In this document: one piece after another, positions 1 through 8,547 of the stretch | Numbering within the stretch: position 1 is the first letter of the stretch | Layout: each line of letters begins with the position of its first letter | Origin: an uncultured Bacteroidota bacterium | GTDB lineage: Bacteria > Bacteroidota > Bacteroidia > Bacteroidales > GCA-2748055 | Assembly: GCA_963747365.1 (NCBI GenBank) | Contig: CAVVFB010000006.1 | Span: forward strand, 148,040 to 212,039 | Direction: 5' to 3' | Length of the DNA: 64,000 nucleotides | Notes under the pieces: generated by a model | What the model was told of the DNA's origin: nothing | Database searches by the model: none | The model's input: the letters and a program-made list of their open reading frames with translations, nothing else | Position numbers and translations under genes: made by a program

Positions 1-659
1 TAGACGGCCCGGTCCTGGAACCTGAATATTCCTCTTTTGTGGGAATGCACCCCATCCCCGTGGTCTACGGCCTTACTATTGGTGAGCTGGCGCAAATGAT
101 CAACCAGGAGGGGTGGTTATGCGGGGGTATTCAATGTGACCTTACTATTGTTAAATGCGAAAACTACTCCCGCCGGTCGCCCTGTTCCCTGCCTGTACCT
201 CCCTCCCCCAATCTGACCAACGACCATGCCATTCAACTCTATCCCTCCACCTGTTTTTTTGAAGGAACCATCATAAGTGAAGGAAGAGGGACTGCCATGC
301 CATTCGAGGTATATGGCCATCCACGTTTAAAGGGCAAATTCTCCTTTACACCGGTAGCCATTGAAGGGGTTGCAGCGAATCCGAAGTTTAAGGGGATCTC
401 TTGCTTCGGAACCGATCTGAGGGGGTTTTCTCCCGGGGATGGCTGGAACCGCCTTTTCCTTGAATTTTTGCTTGAGGCCTATGAGTCGTACCCGGATAAG
501 GGAGATTTTTTCACCCCCTTTTTCGAAAAGCTGGCAGGTACGTCATCTCTTCGCAGTCAGATTGAGGCAGGGTGGAATCAGGTGGAAATCCGTTCCAGCT
601 GGCGGGAGGGAATTGAACGCTACATGGGAATGAGGAAAAAATATCTGATCTATGACTGA
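1..659 (+). CDS. DUF1343 family protein (NamZ-like exo-beta-N-acetylmuramidase family), C-terminal part; the 5' end lies outside the window
   Basis: The frame is open from base 3 (DGPVLEPEYSSFVGMHPIPVVYGLTIGELAQMIN...). The PSPNL, LYPSTCFFEGT and SEGRGT blocks match my recollection of DUF1343. Stop TGA at 657-659. Confidence 0.7.
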   Translation, partial: DGPVLEPEYSSFVGMHPIPVVYGLTIGELAQMINQEGWLCGGIQCDLTIVKCENYSRRSPCSLPVPPSPNLTNDHAIQLYPSTCFFEGTIISEGRGTAMPFEVYGHPRLKGKFSFTPVAIEGVAANPKFKGISCFGTDLRGFSPGDGWNRLFLEFLLEAYESYPDKGDFFTPFFEKLAGTSSLRSQIEAGWNQVEIRSSWREGIERYMGMRKKYLIYD

Positions 660-1945
660 GAGCTCTCGCCGGGTTTGCTGTCTTTGGGCCTGTTGCCTCC
701 GTACCTCCTGCTCATTCTACTGTTCCCCTCAGTTTTCCGCTGTCCCTGGCTCTTTCCCCTGAAATTCCTTCCGCCTCCGCGACCCCTGTTCTTATCCGGA
801 TTGTATTCGGGAGTCTCACCCAGTGCTTCGGGGACCATCGATTTCGTAACCGCCTTTTCCAGGAGCTTCTCGATACGGGCAAATTTATATTGTTCCTCTA
901 CACTGATCAGCGTGATGGCTATTCCGTCCGTCTCTGCCCTGGCTGTCCGCCCGATCCGGTGGATATAGTCTTCCCCTTCATGTGGTACATCATAATTGAT
1001 AATCAGCTCAATGTTGTCGATATCAATTCCACGGGAGAGCAGGTCGGTCGCAACCAGGATATTCAGTTTCCTGTTCCGGAACTGGAGCATAATCTCTTCC
1101 CTTTCCTTCTGGCTCAGGTCCGAATGAATATCCTCAGCTTTGAGTCCCTCGCGTTTCAGTTGCCTTCCCAGCAGTTTGGCAGCAGATTTAGTGGAGCAAA
1201 AGACAATCACACTTTTCAGGTTACGGCCCTTTAAGAGGTGTATGGCAAGTGGGAGTTTCTGGGATTCATAGACCGGGTAAGCAACCTGGAGTACTTTCTC
1301 TACAGGTTTGGAGACGGAAATACTGATTTCAACAGGGTTGTGAAGTACTTTCCTGGCCAGCGTCCGGATGTCCTTGGGCATTGTTGCAGCGAACATCAGG
1401 TTCTGCCTTTGATGGGGTATATATTGGATAATCTTCATGATGTCCTCGTAAAATCCCATATCAAGCATGCGGTCGGCTTCATCCAGTATCAGGTACTCCA
1501 GTCCGTCGAACTTCACATAGTTGTTGTTCAGATGGGCAATCATCCTTCCAGGCGTACAGATCACCACCTCGGTGCCTTCCATCAGCGCCTTCTTTTCCCT
1601 GGCAAACAGGGCACCGTCGCCTCCACCATAAACAGCAATGGAACCCACCGGCGTAAAATATCCAAACCCCTCCATCTGCTGGTCAATTTGCTGGGCCAGC
1701 TCCCGGGTGGGAACGATGATCAGGGCCCTGGTTTTGTTGGCTCTTTTATCGGCTATAATTCTCTGGATGACCGGGAGCAGGAAGGCTGCCGTTTTTCCGG
1801 TACCGGTTTGTGCTGATCCGATGATGTCTTTCCCCTCCAGGATGGCCGGGATGGCCTGTTGCTGAATGGGGGTCGGGATTTTAAATCCCATGGCTTCAAT
1901 GCCCTCCATCAGGGAGGGGTCAAAGCCGAAGTCACTAAATTTCAA
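650..1945 (-). CDS. DEAD-box ATP-dependent RNA helicase (RhlE-like) with a basic RG-rich C-terminal tail
   Basis: 431 aa. Q motif (GF.IPTPIQ), Walker A AQTGTGKTAAF, PTRELA, DEAD and HRIGRTAR are all present. The tail reads NRGRGGGRNFRGK. Confidence 0.95.
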   Translation of the reverse strand: MKFSDFGFDPSLMEGIEAMGFKIPTPIQQQAIPAILEGKDIIGSAQTGTGKTAAFLLPVIQRIIADKRANKTRALIIVPTRELAQQIDQQMEGFGYFTPVGSIAVYGGGDGALFAREKKALMEGTEVVICTPGRMIAHLNNNYVKFDGLEYLILDEADRMLDMGFYEDIMKIIQYIPHQRQNLMFAATMPKDIRTLARKVLHNPVEISISVSKPVEKVLQVAYPVYESQKLPLAIHLLKGRNLKSVIVFCSTKSAAKLLGRQLKREGLKAEDIHSDLSQKEREEIMLQFRNRKLNILVATDLLSRGIDIDNIELIINYDVPHEGEDYIHRIGRTARAETDGIAITLISVEEQYKFARIEKLLEKAVTKSMVPEALGETPEYNPDKNRGRGGGRNFRGKSQGQRKTEGNSRMSRRYGGNRPKDSKPGESSQS

Positions 1946-1974
1946 TATTCTTCTTTCTTAAAAATAACGTTTTG

Positions 1975-1982
1975 CAAAGGTA
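1975..1982 (-). promoter_or_regulatory. Candidate Bacteroidota -7 promoter box (TACCTTTG = TAnnTTTG) for the helicase gene
   Basis: The reverse complement of caaaggta matches TAnnTTTG about 30 nt upstream of the ATG at 1945, in an AT-rich spacer. Confidence 0.4.
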
Positions 1983-2027
1983 GTCAAATCCTGGGATTTG
2001 AGTGCAAGATAAACAGCCGCGGGGTGA

Positions 2028-3224
2028 TTAGGTTCGCCCCGGGTATACTTTCAGTGCCTCGGCGAGTATCTCAACGGCCATTGCAAGCTCCTCCTTTTTT
2101 AAAACATAGGCGATCCGGACCTCCTGTTTGCCCAGGCCGGGGGTGGAATAGAATCCCGATGCAGGAGCCACCATTACCGTCTGGTTGTTATATTCAAATT
2201 CTCCGAGCATCCATTGCGCAAAATGGTCGGCATCCTTTACCGGGAGCTTCACCACCGTGTAAAACGCTCCTTTGGGTGTGGGGCAGACCACTCCCGGTAT
2301 TCTGTTCAGGGCTTCCACCATGAAGTTACGCCGCTGGATGTATTCCTTAGAAACCTCTTTAAAATAGGAGGGTGGGGTATCAAGTGCAGCTTCGGCTGCC
2401 ACCTGTCCGTAGAATGGGGGACTCAGCCTGGCCTGCGCAAATTTAAGGGCAGTGGAGATAACCGCCTTGTTTTTTGAAACCAGCGCACCCACGCGAACCC
2501 CGCACATGCTGTAACGCTTTGATACAGAATCCAGCATTACCACGTGCTGCTCCAATCCCTTCAGGTTCATGGCTGAGAAATGTTTCTCCCCGTCATAGCA
2601 GAACTCCCTGTAGACTTCATCCGAGAAAAGATAGAGGTCATATTTCCTTACGATCTCCCCGAGCAACTCCAGCTCCTTCTGCGTGTACAGATAGCCGGTG
2701 GGATTGTTTGGATTGCAGATGATGATTCCCCTTGTTTTAGGGGTAATCACTTTTTCAAAGTCTTCGATGGGCGGCAGGGCAAACCCGTTTTCAATGCCCG
2801 AGGTGATGGGAACCACCCTGACCCCTGCCGATATGGAAAAACCGTTGTAGTTTGCATAGAAGGGTTCCGGGACAATCACCTCCTCGTGTGGATTCACAGT
2901 CGACATCAGGGCGAATGTGATCGCTTCCGATCCTCCAGTAGTTACCAGCAAATCGGTGTAATCTACCGAAATCCCCAGTTCCCGGTAAAAGGCAGCCAGC
3001 TTGCGGCGGTAGCTTTCGTTCCCGGCCGAGTGACTGTATTCGATTACCTCCGCTGTCAGGTTCTTCACTGCATCCCTCGCCACTTCGGGGGTTTTAATAT
3101 CGGGCTGACCGATATTAAGGTGATAGACTTTTCTTCCCTTCTTTTTGGCCTCTTCGGCAAAGGGTACCAGTCTCCGGATCGGGGAGGCCGGCATCCGTTC
3201 TCCTTTTATTGATATTCCTGGCAT
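2028..3224 (-). CDS. Class I/II PLP-dependent aminotransferase (aspartate aminotransferase-like)
   Basis: 398 aa and full length. It has the CNPNNPTG block and the SVSKRYSMCGVRVG PLP-lysine block. Confidence 0.9.
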   Translation of the reverse strand: MPGISIKGERMPASPIRRLVPFAEEAKKKGRKVYHLNIGQPDIKTPEVARDAVKNLTAEVIEYSHSAGNESYRRKLAAFYRELGISVDYTDLLVTTGGSEAITFALMSTVNPHEEVIVPEPFYANYNGFSISAGVRVVPITSGIENGFALPPIEDFEKVITPKTRGIIICNPNNPTGYLYTQKELELLGEIVRKYDLYLFSDEVYREFCYDGEKHFSAMNLKGLEQHVVMLDSVSKRYSMCGVRVGALVSKNKAVISTALKFAQARLSPPFYGQVAAEAALDTPPSYFKEVSKEYIQRRNFMVEALNRIPGVVCPTPKGAFYTVVKLPVKDADHFAQWMLGEFEYNNQTVMVAPASGFYSTPGLGKQEVRIAYVLKKEELAMAVEILAEALKVYPGRT

Positions 3225-3225
3225 C

Positions 3226-3519
3226 TTACTCCTGGTTGGGGATTACTTTTCCTTTTATTTGCAATTTCACCGGCGAATTGGAAGCGCTTGAATAGACATA
3301 GAGCGACTTAAAAAAAGTACCTGCCTGGGCCGTATTGTATTCCACTGTGATTTCAGCCGTACCCTCCGGCTCAACGGGCTCTCTCGGCCAGGCCGGAACA
3401 GTGCATCCGCAGGTTGAACGGACCCGGTTGATTACAATGGGTTCTTTCCCAAGGTTCCTGAAAACGAAGGTCCAGCGGCCATCCCCATCCTCGGGAATCT
3501 CCCCATAATCATGAACCAC
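3226..3519 (-). CDS. DUF1573 domain protein. The ORF as it stands starts at an internal GTG; the ancestral lipoprotein signal upstream (to 3639) is out of frame.
   Basis: Matches DUF1573 (HDYGEIPEDG....F.F.N.G..PIVI..V.STCGCTVP.WP.EPV.PG....I.V.Y). See the finding for the disrupted 5' end. Confidence 0.75.
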   Translation of the reverse strand: MVHDYGEIPEDGDGRWTFVFRNLGKEPIVINRVRSTCGCTVPAWPREPVEPEGTAEITVEYNTAQAGTFFKSLYVYSSASNSPVKLQIKGKVIPNQE

Positions 3520-3723
3520 CTCTTCAAACCAGATCTCCTCTCCCTGGTCCTTTGCTTTCTGTTCGGGGTTTTCATTGCATCCGGAAATGAGTCACCCACA
3601 GGGTCAGGAAGCCAATGAATTTAATCGATGAAATTTCATTATAATTCTATTGAAAAACAAAAGTACTTGAATTTCGCAAAGTGCAGTATGATTAAGAGCA
3701 TTTCCATATTGAATCAGATTCAT

Positions 3724-3731
3724 TAACTTTG
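3724..3731 (+). promoter_or_regulatory. Candidate -7 box (TAACTTTG) upstream of the PNPOx-like pseudogene
   Basis: TAnnTTTG match 40 nt upstream of the ATG at 3772. Confidence 0.35.
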
Positions 3732-3771
3732 AATTAACCCAAACGGCTCAAGCCATTAGCTGAAAGAGAGA

Positions 3772-4238
3772 ATGAGGAAAATCAAACCAGGAGATAAAGG
3801 ATCGGACAGTCCTGGACCAGATCTAAGCCGGTGCCAGTATCTGCAGGGTAGCCATGATGGATGGTGATCTGCCCTATATTGTACCTTTCAATTTCGGGTA
3901 CAGGGAAGGATGCATATACATTCATTCGGCCCCGGAAGGCAAAAAGATCGATCTGATCAGAAAGAACAACCGGGTTTGTTTTGAGGCGGAGGAGACGGCG
4001 GAGATTGTAAAAAAGGATAGAGCCTGCAAATGGTCCACACGCTACAGGTCGGTTGTGGGATATGGCACCATGGAGATCCTGTCTGATGACCGGAGTAAAC
4101 AAGATGGGATTGGAGATCATCATGGCTCAGCATGGAGCTCCTGAACAGGTCGAATTTGAACCGGGGAACCTGAAGCAAATGGTGATTCTGAAGCTTAGCA
4201 TTGGCTCGATAACGGGAAAACAATCAAGCATGTGGTGA
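3772..4238 (+). pseudogene. Pyridoxamine 5'-phosphate oxidase-like (NimA / Pyridox_ox_2-type flavin-binding) gene inactivated by two frameshifts and one in-frame TAA
   Basis: Family-like sequence is spread over three frames. The pieces are MRK.. (ATG 3772), then EIKDRTVLDQI*AGASICRVAMMDGDLPYIVPFNFGY...VVGYGTMEILSDD, then VNKMGLEIIMAQHGAPEQVEFEPGNLKQMVILKLSIGSITGKQS (ends 4238). The in-frame TAA is at 3824-3826. Confidence 0.75.
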
Positions 4239-5122
4239 TGGATCATATCCGTAATCAAAAAGTAGCCCTTGTACTTTCGGGCGGAGGGGCAAGGGGCATC
4301 GCTCACATCGGTGTCATTGAGGAGTTGGAGAGACGCGGTTTTAAAATCACCTCCATTGCAGGGACCTCCATGGGTTCACTGATTGGCGGAGTTTATGCCG
4401 CGGGGAAACTGAAAGAGCTTAAAGAGTGGATCTATACCCTGGACAAGGGCAAGATTTTCCGGATGGTGGATTTCACCCTGAGCAAGCAGGGACTGATCAA
4501 GGGGGACAAGGTACTGAAGAAGATGAAAGATTATATTCCCGACACCAACATCGAGGAGCTTCCTTTACCCTACGCGGCTGTGGCAGTGGATTTGATCAGC
4601 AGGAGGGAGGTGGTATTCCGGGAGGGAAGTCTGTATCATGCCATCCGCGCCTCCATTGCGATTCCGTCGGTATTCACCCCGGTTAAGGAGGACCACCGCC
4701 TTTTGGTGGACGGTGGAGTTCTGAACAACATCCCTCTGGAGTATGTGGAGCGTATCGATGGTGACAAGCTGATTGCCGTTAATGTGAACGCCGATATACC
4801 CGCCCGTAAACCGATGGTCCTGGACTTGGAGGGGGAGGCAAAACAATCTTCATACCTGCATAAAACAAGGGAATTCTATAGTCATCTCCGGAAAAGTAAT
4901 CCAGGCGCCGGGGCGGAGAACCTCGGCTACTTTGCACTTCTTACACGGACTCTTGACCTGATGACCGCCCGTATGGCCGATACCGCCCTGCAGATGCACA
5001 CTCCCGACATCCTGATGAATATCTCCAGGGATTCCTGCACCATGTATGATTTCTACAAGGCAGAAGAGATGGTGGAGACCGGACGCCGGGTTGCTTCAGA
5101 AAGCCTGGATCAGATCCACTAA
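4238..5122 (+). CDS. Patatin-like phospholipase family protein
   Basis: It has the GGGARG oxyanion motif, the GTSMG (GxSxG) nucleophile elbow and the DGG catalytic Asp block (LVDGGVLNN). The ORF opens at GTG 4232 and the first ATG is at 4238. Confidence 0.9.
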   Translation: MDHIRNQKVALVLSGGGARGIAHIGVIEELERRGFKITSIAGTSMGSLIGGVYAAGKLKELKEWIYTLDKGKIFRMVDFTLSKQGLIKGDKVLKKMKDYIPDTNIEELPLPYAAVAVDLISRREVVFREGSLYHAIRASIAIPSVFTPVKEDHRLLVDGGVLNNIPLEYVERIDGDKLIAVNVNADIPARKPMVLDLEGEAKQSSYLHKTREFYSHLRKSNPGAGAENLGYFALLTRTLDLMTARMADTALQMHTPDILMNISRDSCTMYDFYKAEEMVETGRRVASESLDQIH

Positions 5123-5412
5123 TACATGGCCTCGATATTCCAGACAAATGCCCTGATACCCACATCCTTGTTCTCTTCATCCAGGCGGCGGACCACATTC
5201 AGGACTTCATCCACTTTATCCTCCTCCATCACCGCCATGCTGGCCGAATTCTGTTCCGGCCAGGCGTGGGTATTCATATGCGGGGGGCCCTCCACGCTGC
5301 CCCGGCCTGTAAGGCCGGTCCAGCGTGTAAATCCCCTGATATTCAGCTTTTCAAACAGGTACTCCACCTTTTCGGTATGAGCCTGGTTATATACTATAAA
5401 TACTGCTTTCAT
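5119..5412 (-). CDS. Small PII-like transporter-associated protein (resembles the PG0541-type family found next to Bacteroidota RND pumps)
   Basis: 97 aa. Its ATG overlaps the pump stop codon (ATGA, 5409-5412). The sequence has an alternating beta-alpha character with no TM segment or signal peptide. The family assignment is from memory. Confidence 0.6.
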   Translation of the reverse strand: MKAVFIVYNQAHTEKVEYLFEKLNIRGFTRWTGLTGRGSVEGPPHMNTHAWPEQNSASMAVMEEDKVDEVLNVVRRLDEENKDVGIRAFVWNIEAMY

Positions 5413-8400
5413 GCTTGTTCATTCATAAATTCATACTGCACCTTTTTAACCCGTTTCTCACCTCTCCGGAGCATCATGTGGTAAACCACAGGTACCAGGA
5501 CAAGTGTCACAATGGTGGAGAAGACCAGTCCACCAATCACGGCAATCCCCATGGGACTCCAGATCTCCGATCCGGATCCCTTACTCAGGGCCAGGGGGAG
5601 CATTCCAAGGATGGTGGTCAGGGAGGTCATTAATACAGGGCGGAGCCTTGATTTTCCTGAAACAACGATGGCTTCATTCAGTTTCAGTCCTCGCTCACGC
5701 ATCAGGTTGATGTAGTCAACCAGCACGATGGCATTTTTCACTACGATTCCGACCAGCATGACCCCCCCCACCATTGAAATCACGCTCATAGTGGTTCCTG
5801 TAACCAGGTGAGCCAGGATCACGCCCGTGAAGGCAAAGGGAATGGAGAACATGATGATAAAGGGCATTTTCATGGATTCAAACTGACTGGCCATCACCAG
5901 GTAAGTGAGGATCAGGCTGAGTAGTAACAATAACATCAAATCTTTCATGGAGTCCTGCAATTCCTGCACAGCCCCCCCCATCTGGATGTTCACCTCCGGC
6001 GGGATCTCCATGGAATCGATCCTGGCCTGTACCTGTTCGGCCAGTTTGTTCAAAGGCACTTTGTCGGGGGTGATGGATACAGTCACGATCCTCTCCCTGT
6101 TTTTGCGTTCGATGTTGGGCGGGGACCAGTTCTCCTCTATTTTAGCCACCTCACCCAGCCTGATCACCTGGTTATTCATATTCACCAGCGCGATGTCATT
6201 GAGGTTGGAAAGGGAATTCCGTTCATCCTCCTGGAAACGAAGAACGATGTCGTATTCGTCACCCTCCTCCCGGTACCGGCTCAGGTATGGCCCTTCAACC
6301 CGGTTACGCACTGCATTGGCCATGGCATAGGTGCTGAGCCCGTGCTGGGCCATCTTTTCCCTGTCCGGGACGATCTGGAGCTGGGGCTTGGAAGGATCCC
6401 GGCTCACATTGATGTTGGTGGCACCCTTGATCGATTTTACGCTGTCGGCCAGTGCATCTGCAATCATTGAGGTCGAGACGAAATCGTACCCGTAGATTTC
6501 AACCACCACGTTGTTTTGAGTGGTGCCTCCCATGCCTCCGTTGGGGACCACATCAAAACTGACAATCTCCGGAATGGTTCCCAGGAATTCCCTGAGTACA
6601 TTGGCGAGTTCCCATACGTCACGGTCCCTTTCAAGCTGATCTACCAGTGTAAAGTTGACATTGATCCGGTGTGATCCTGATTCCATAAAGAGAGACATGA
6701 TGCCTCCCTGGTCATCCGATCCGGATGAGGTATAATAGAACTTAGCCTCCGGCATGTTATCCTTGATGAATTCGTCAACCTTGCGTGCCACCTTGGTGGT
6801 TTCATCCACCCGCAGACCGGTTTGCAGCTCAATGGCTGCGGTCATGGATCCCTGATCAGCCTCGGGCATAAATTCAAAGCCCATCTTTCCTGCCATCGTC
6901 AGGGATACAAGGAAGATGGCAAAGGCGATAATCAGTGTACCCCACCTGAACCGCAGGGCCACCTTAAGAGAGCGCTCATAAAAACTGTCCATCCAATCGA
7001 GAAATCGCCCGATGGTGTTGTCGTAACTGGCCTTGCGGACCTTTTTGGGTTTCTTTCTAAGCCTCATCATCTTGGAGGCAAGCATAGGGGTAAGCGTGAT
7101 GGCGCTGACCGTGGAAGTAACCACGGTGATGGAGACAATGTAACCAAGGGGCCGGAACAGTTCACCGGTCATCCCTCCAACCAGGGTCAGCGGCAGGAAA
7201 ACGGCCACTACCGTGAGGGTAGTCACAATCACAGCCAGCCAGACTTCGTTGGTGGCGTATATCGCCGCTTCCCTGGGGCGGCTTCCCCGCTCCACATGTT
7301 TGGTGATATTCTCCAGTACCACGATGGCATCATCCACCACCATCCCAATGGCAATGGAAAGCGACGAAAGCGCAATGATGTTGATGGAGCTCCCGGAAAT
7401 GAAGAGGTAGATAAAGGCTACGATCAGGGAGATGGGAATGGTGAGGATGATGATGAAGGTGGCCCTCCATCTTCCGAGGAAGACGAGAATGACCATGATC
7501 ACTGCAAAGGCGGCATACATCAGGGTGGAGGAGAGGTTGTTAATGGAATCCACAATGAATTGCGATGAATCAAAAAAGGTGATAATATCCACATCCTCCG
7601 GGAGTGATTTCATCAGTTCCGGCATAAGGGCCTGGATATCCTGGCATACCTTAACCGTATTGGCGCCCGATTGTTTCTGGATGATGATCCGCATACCGGT
7701 TTTACCGTTCAGCCTTTCATCCAGGGAAATATCCCGGAGGGTATCCCGTATGGAAGCCACGTCCTTCAGGTAAACGGTTTGCCCGTTAAAACTGGCTACA
7801 ACAATGTCATCCAGGACATCGCTGGAGGGGAATTCACCTTTAATCCTCAGGGGATAATCCATCAATCCCATTTCAATGTTCCCCGCAGGCAGGTTCAGAT
7901 TCTCGGAATTCAGCACCCCGGCGATCATCTCAACGGTGAGATTGTAGGATTCCATTTTCCTGGCATCAATGTCAACCTGGATCTCCCTGCCAGGGGCTCC
8001 CATCAGGCCCACTGAACCCACCCCGTCGATCCGGTTCAGGGGGTTCACTATTTTCTCGTCCAGTATCTTGGCGATGGCGGGGAAGCTCTCCTCCGCGGTT
8101 ACCCCGTAAAAGAGCACCGGCATTGAACTTGAACTGAATTTGAACAGTGCCGGTTTATCCACCTCTTCCGGTAAAAATTGTTCGGCGAAACTGAGGGCGT
8201 CCCGCATTTCGTTGGATGCCTCATCCAGATTGGTACCCCACTCGAATTCACACACCACAATGGACATATTGTCACGTGATGTGGAGGAAATGTTTTTGAG
8301 GTTCCCCACTGAATTCAGGTTGTCTTCTATGGTCCGGGTCACATTCGTTTCAATATCAGCCGCACTGGCCCCTGCATAAGTGGTGATTACCGAGATGGCG

Positions 8401-8528
8401 GGGAAATCAATATCGGGGTAGAAATCGATGGGCAGTTTGTTCAGAGAGTATACTCCCATGACCATCAATGCCACAAAGACCATGATTGTTGTAATCGGTC
8501 GTTTGACCGCGTTTCCGTAGATGCTCAT
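5409..8528 (-). CDS. RND efflux transporter permease subunit (AcrB/HAE1-like)
   Basis: 1039 aa with 12-TM architecture and two large periplasmic loops. The N-terminus is typical (RPITTIMVFVALMVMGVYSLNKLPIDFYPDIDFP) and the VVDDAIVVLENI block is present. Confidence 0.95.
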   Translation of the reverse strand: MSIYGNAVKRPITTIMVFVALMVMGVYSLNKLPIDFYPDIDFPAISVITTYAGASAADIETNVTRTIEDNLNSVGNLKNISSTSRDNMSIVVCEFEWGTNLDEASNEMRDALSFAEQFLPEEVDKPALFKFSSSSMPVLFYGVTAEESFPAIAKILDEKIVNPLNRIDGVGSVGLMGAPGREIQVDIDARKMESYNLTVEMIAGVLNSENLNLPAGNIEMGLMDYPLRIKGEFPSSDVLDDIVVASFNGQTVYLKDVASIRDTLRDISLDERLNGKTGMRIIIQKQSGANTVKVCQDIQALMPELMKSLPEDVDIITFFDSSQFIVDSINNLSSTLMYAAFAVIMVILVFLGRWRATFIIILTIPISLIVAFIYLFISGSSINIIALSSLSIAIGMVVDDAIVVLENITKHVERGSRPREAAIYATNEVWLAVIVTTLTVVAVFLPLTLVGGMTGELFRPLGYIVSITVVTSTVSAITLTPMLASKMMRLRKKPKKVRKASYDNTIGRFLDWMDSFYERSLKVALRFRWGTLIIAFAIFLVSLTMAGKMGFEFMPEADQGSMTAAIELQTGLRVDETTKVARKVDEFIKDNMPEAKFYYTSSGSDDQGGIMSLFMESGSHRINVNFTLVDQLERDRDVWELANVLREFLGTIPEIVSFDVVPNGGMGGTTQNNVVVEIYGYDFVSTSMIADALADSVKSIKGATNINVSRDPSKPQLQIVPDREKMAQHGLSTYAMANAVRNRVEGPYLSRYREEGDEYDIVLRFQEDERNSLSNLNDIALVNMNNQVIRLGEVAKIEENWSPPNIERKNRERIVTVSITPDKVPLNKLAEQVQARIDSMEIPPEVNIQMGGAVQELQDSMKDLMLLLLLSLILTYLVMASQFESMKMPFIIMFSIPFAFTGVILAHLVTGTTMSVISMVGGVMLVGIVVKNAIVLVDYINLMRERGLKLNEAIVVSGKSRLRPVLMTSLTTILGMLPLALSKGSGSEIWSPMGIAVIGGLVFSTIVTLVLVPVVYHMMLRRGEKRVKKVQYEFMNEQA

Positions 8529-8547
8529 TTTTCCTTGCTTTAAATAA

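Noticed and set aside
3592-3826. In-frame TGA and TAA codons read as evidence for stop-codon reassignment or selenocysteine.
   Set aside because: TGA (657-659), TAA (5120-5122) and TAG (650-652) each terminate well-supported full-length genes in this window. The hydrophobic signal core sits in another frame, which points to indels rather than recoding. No SECIS-like context was noticed.
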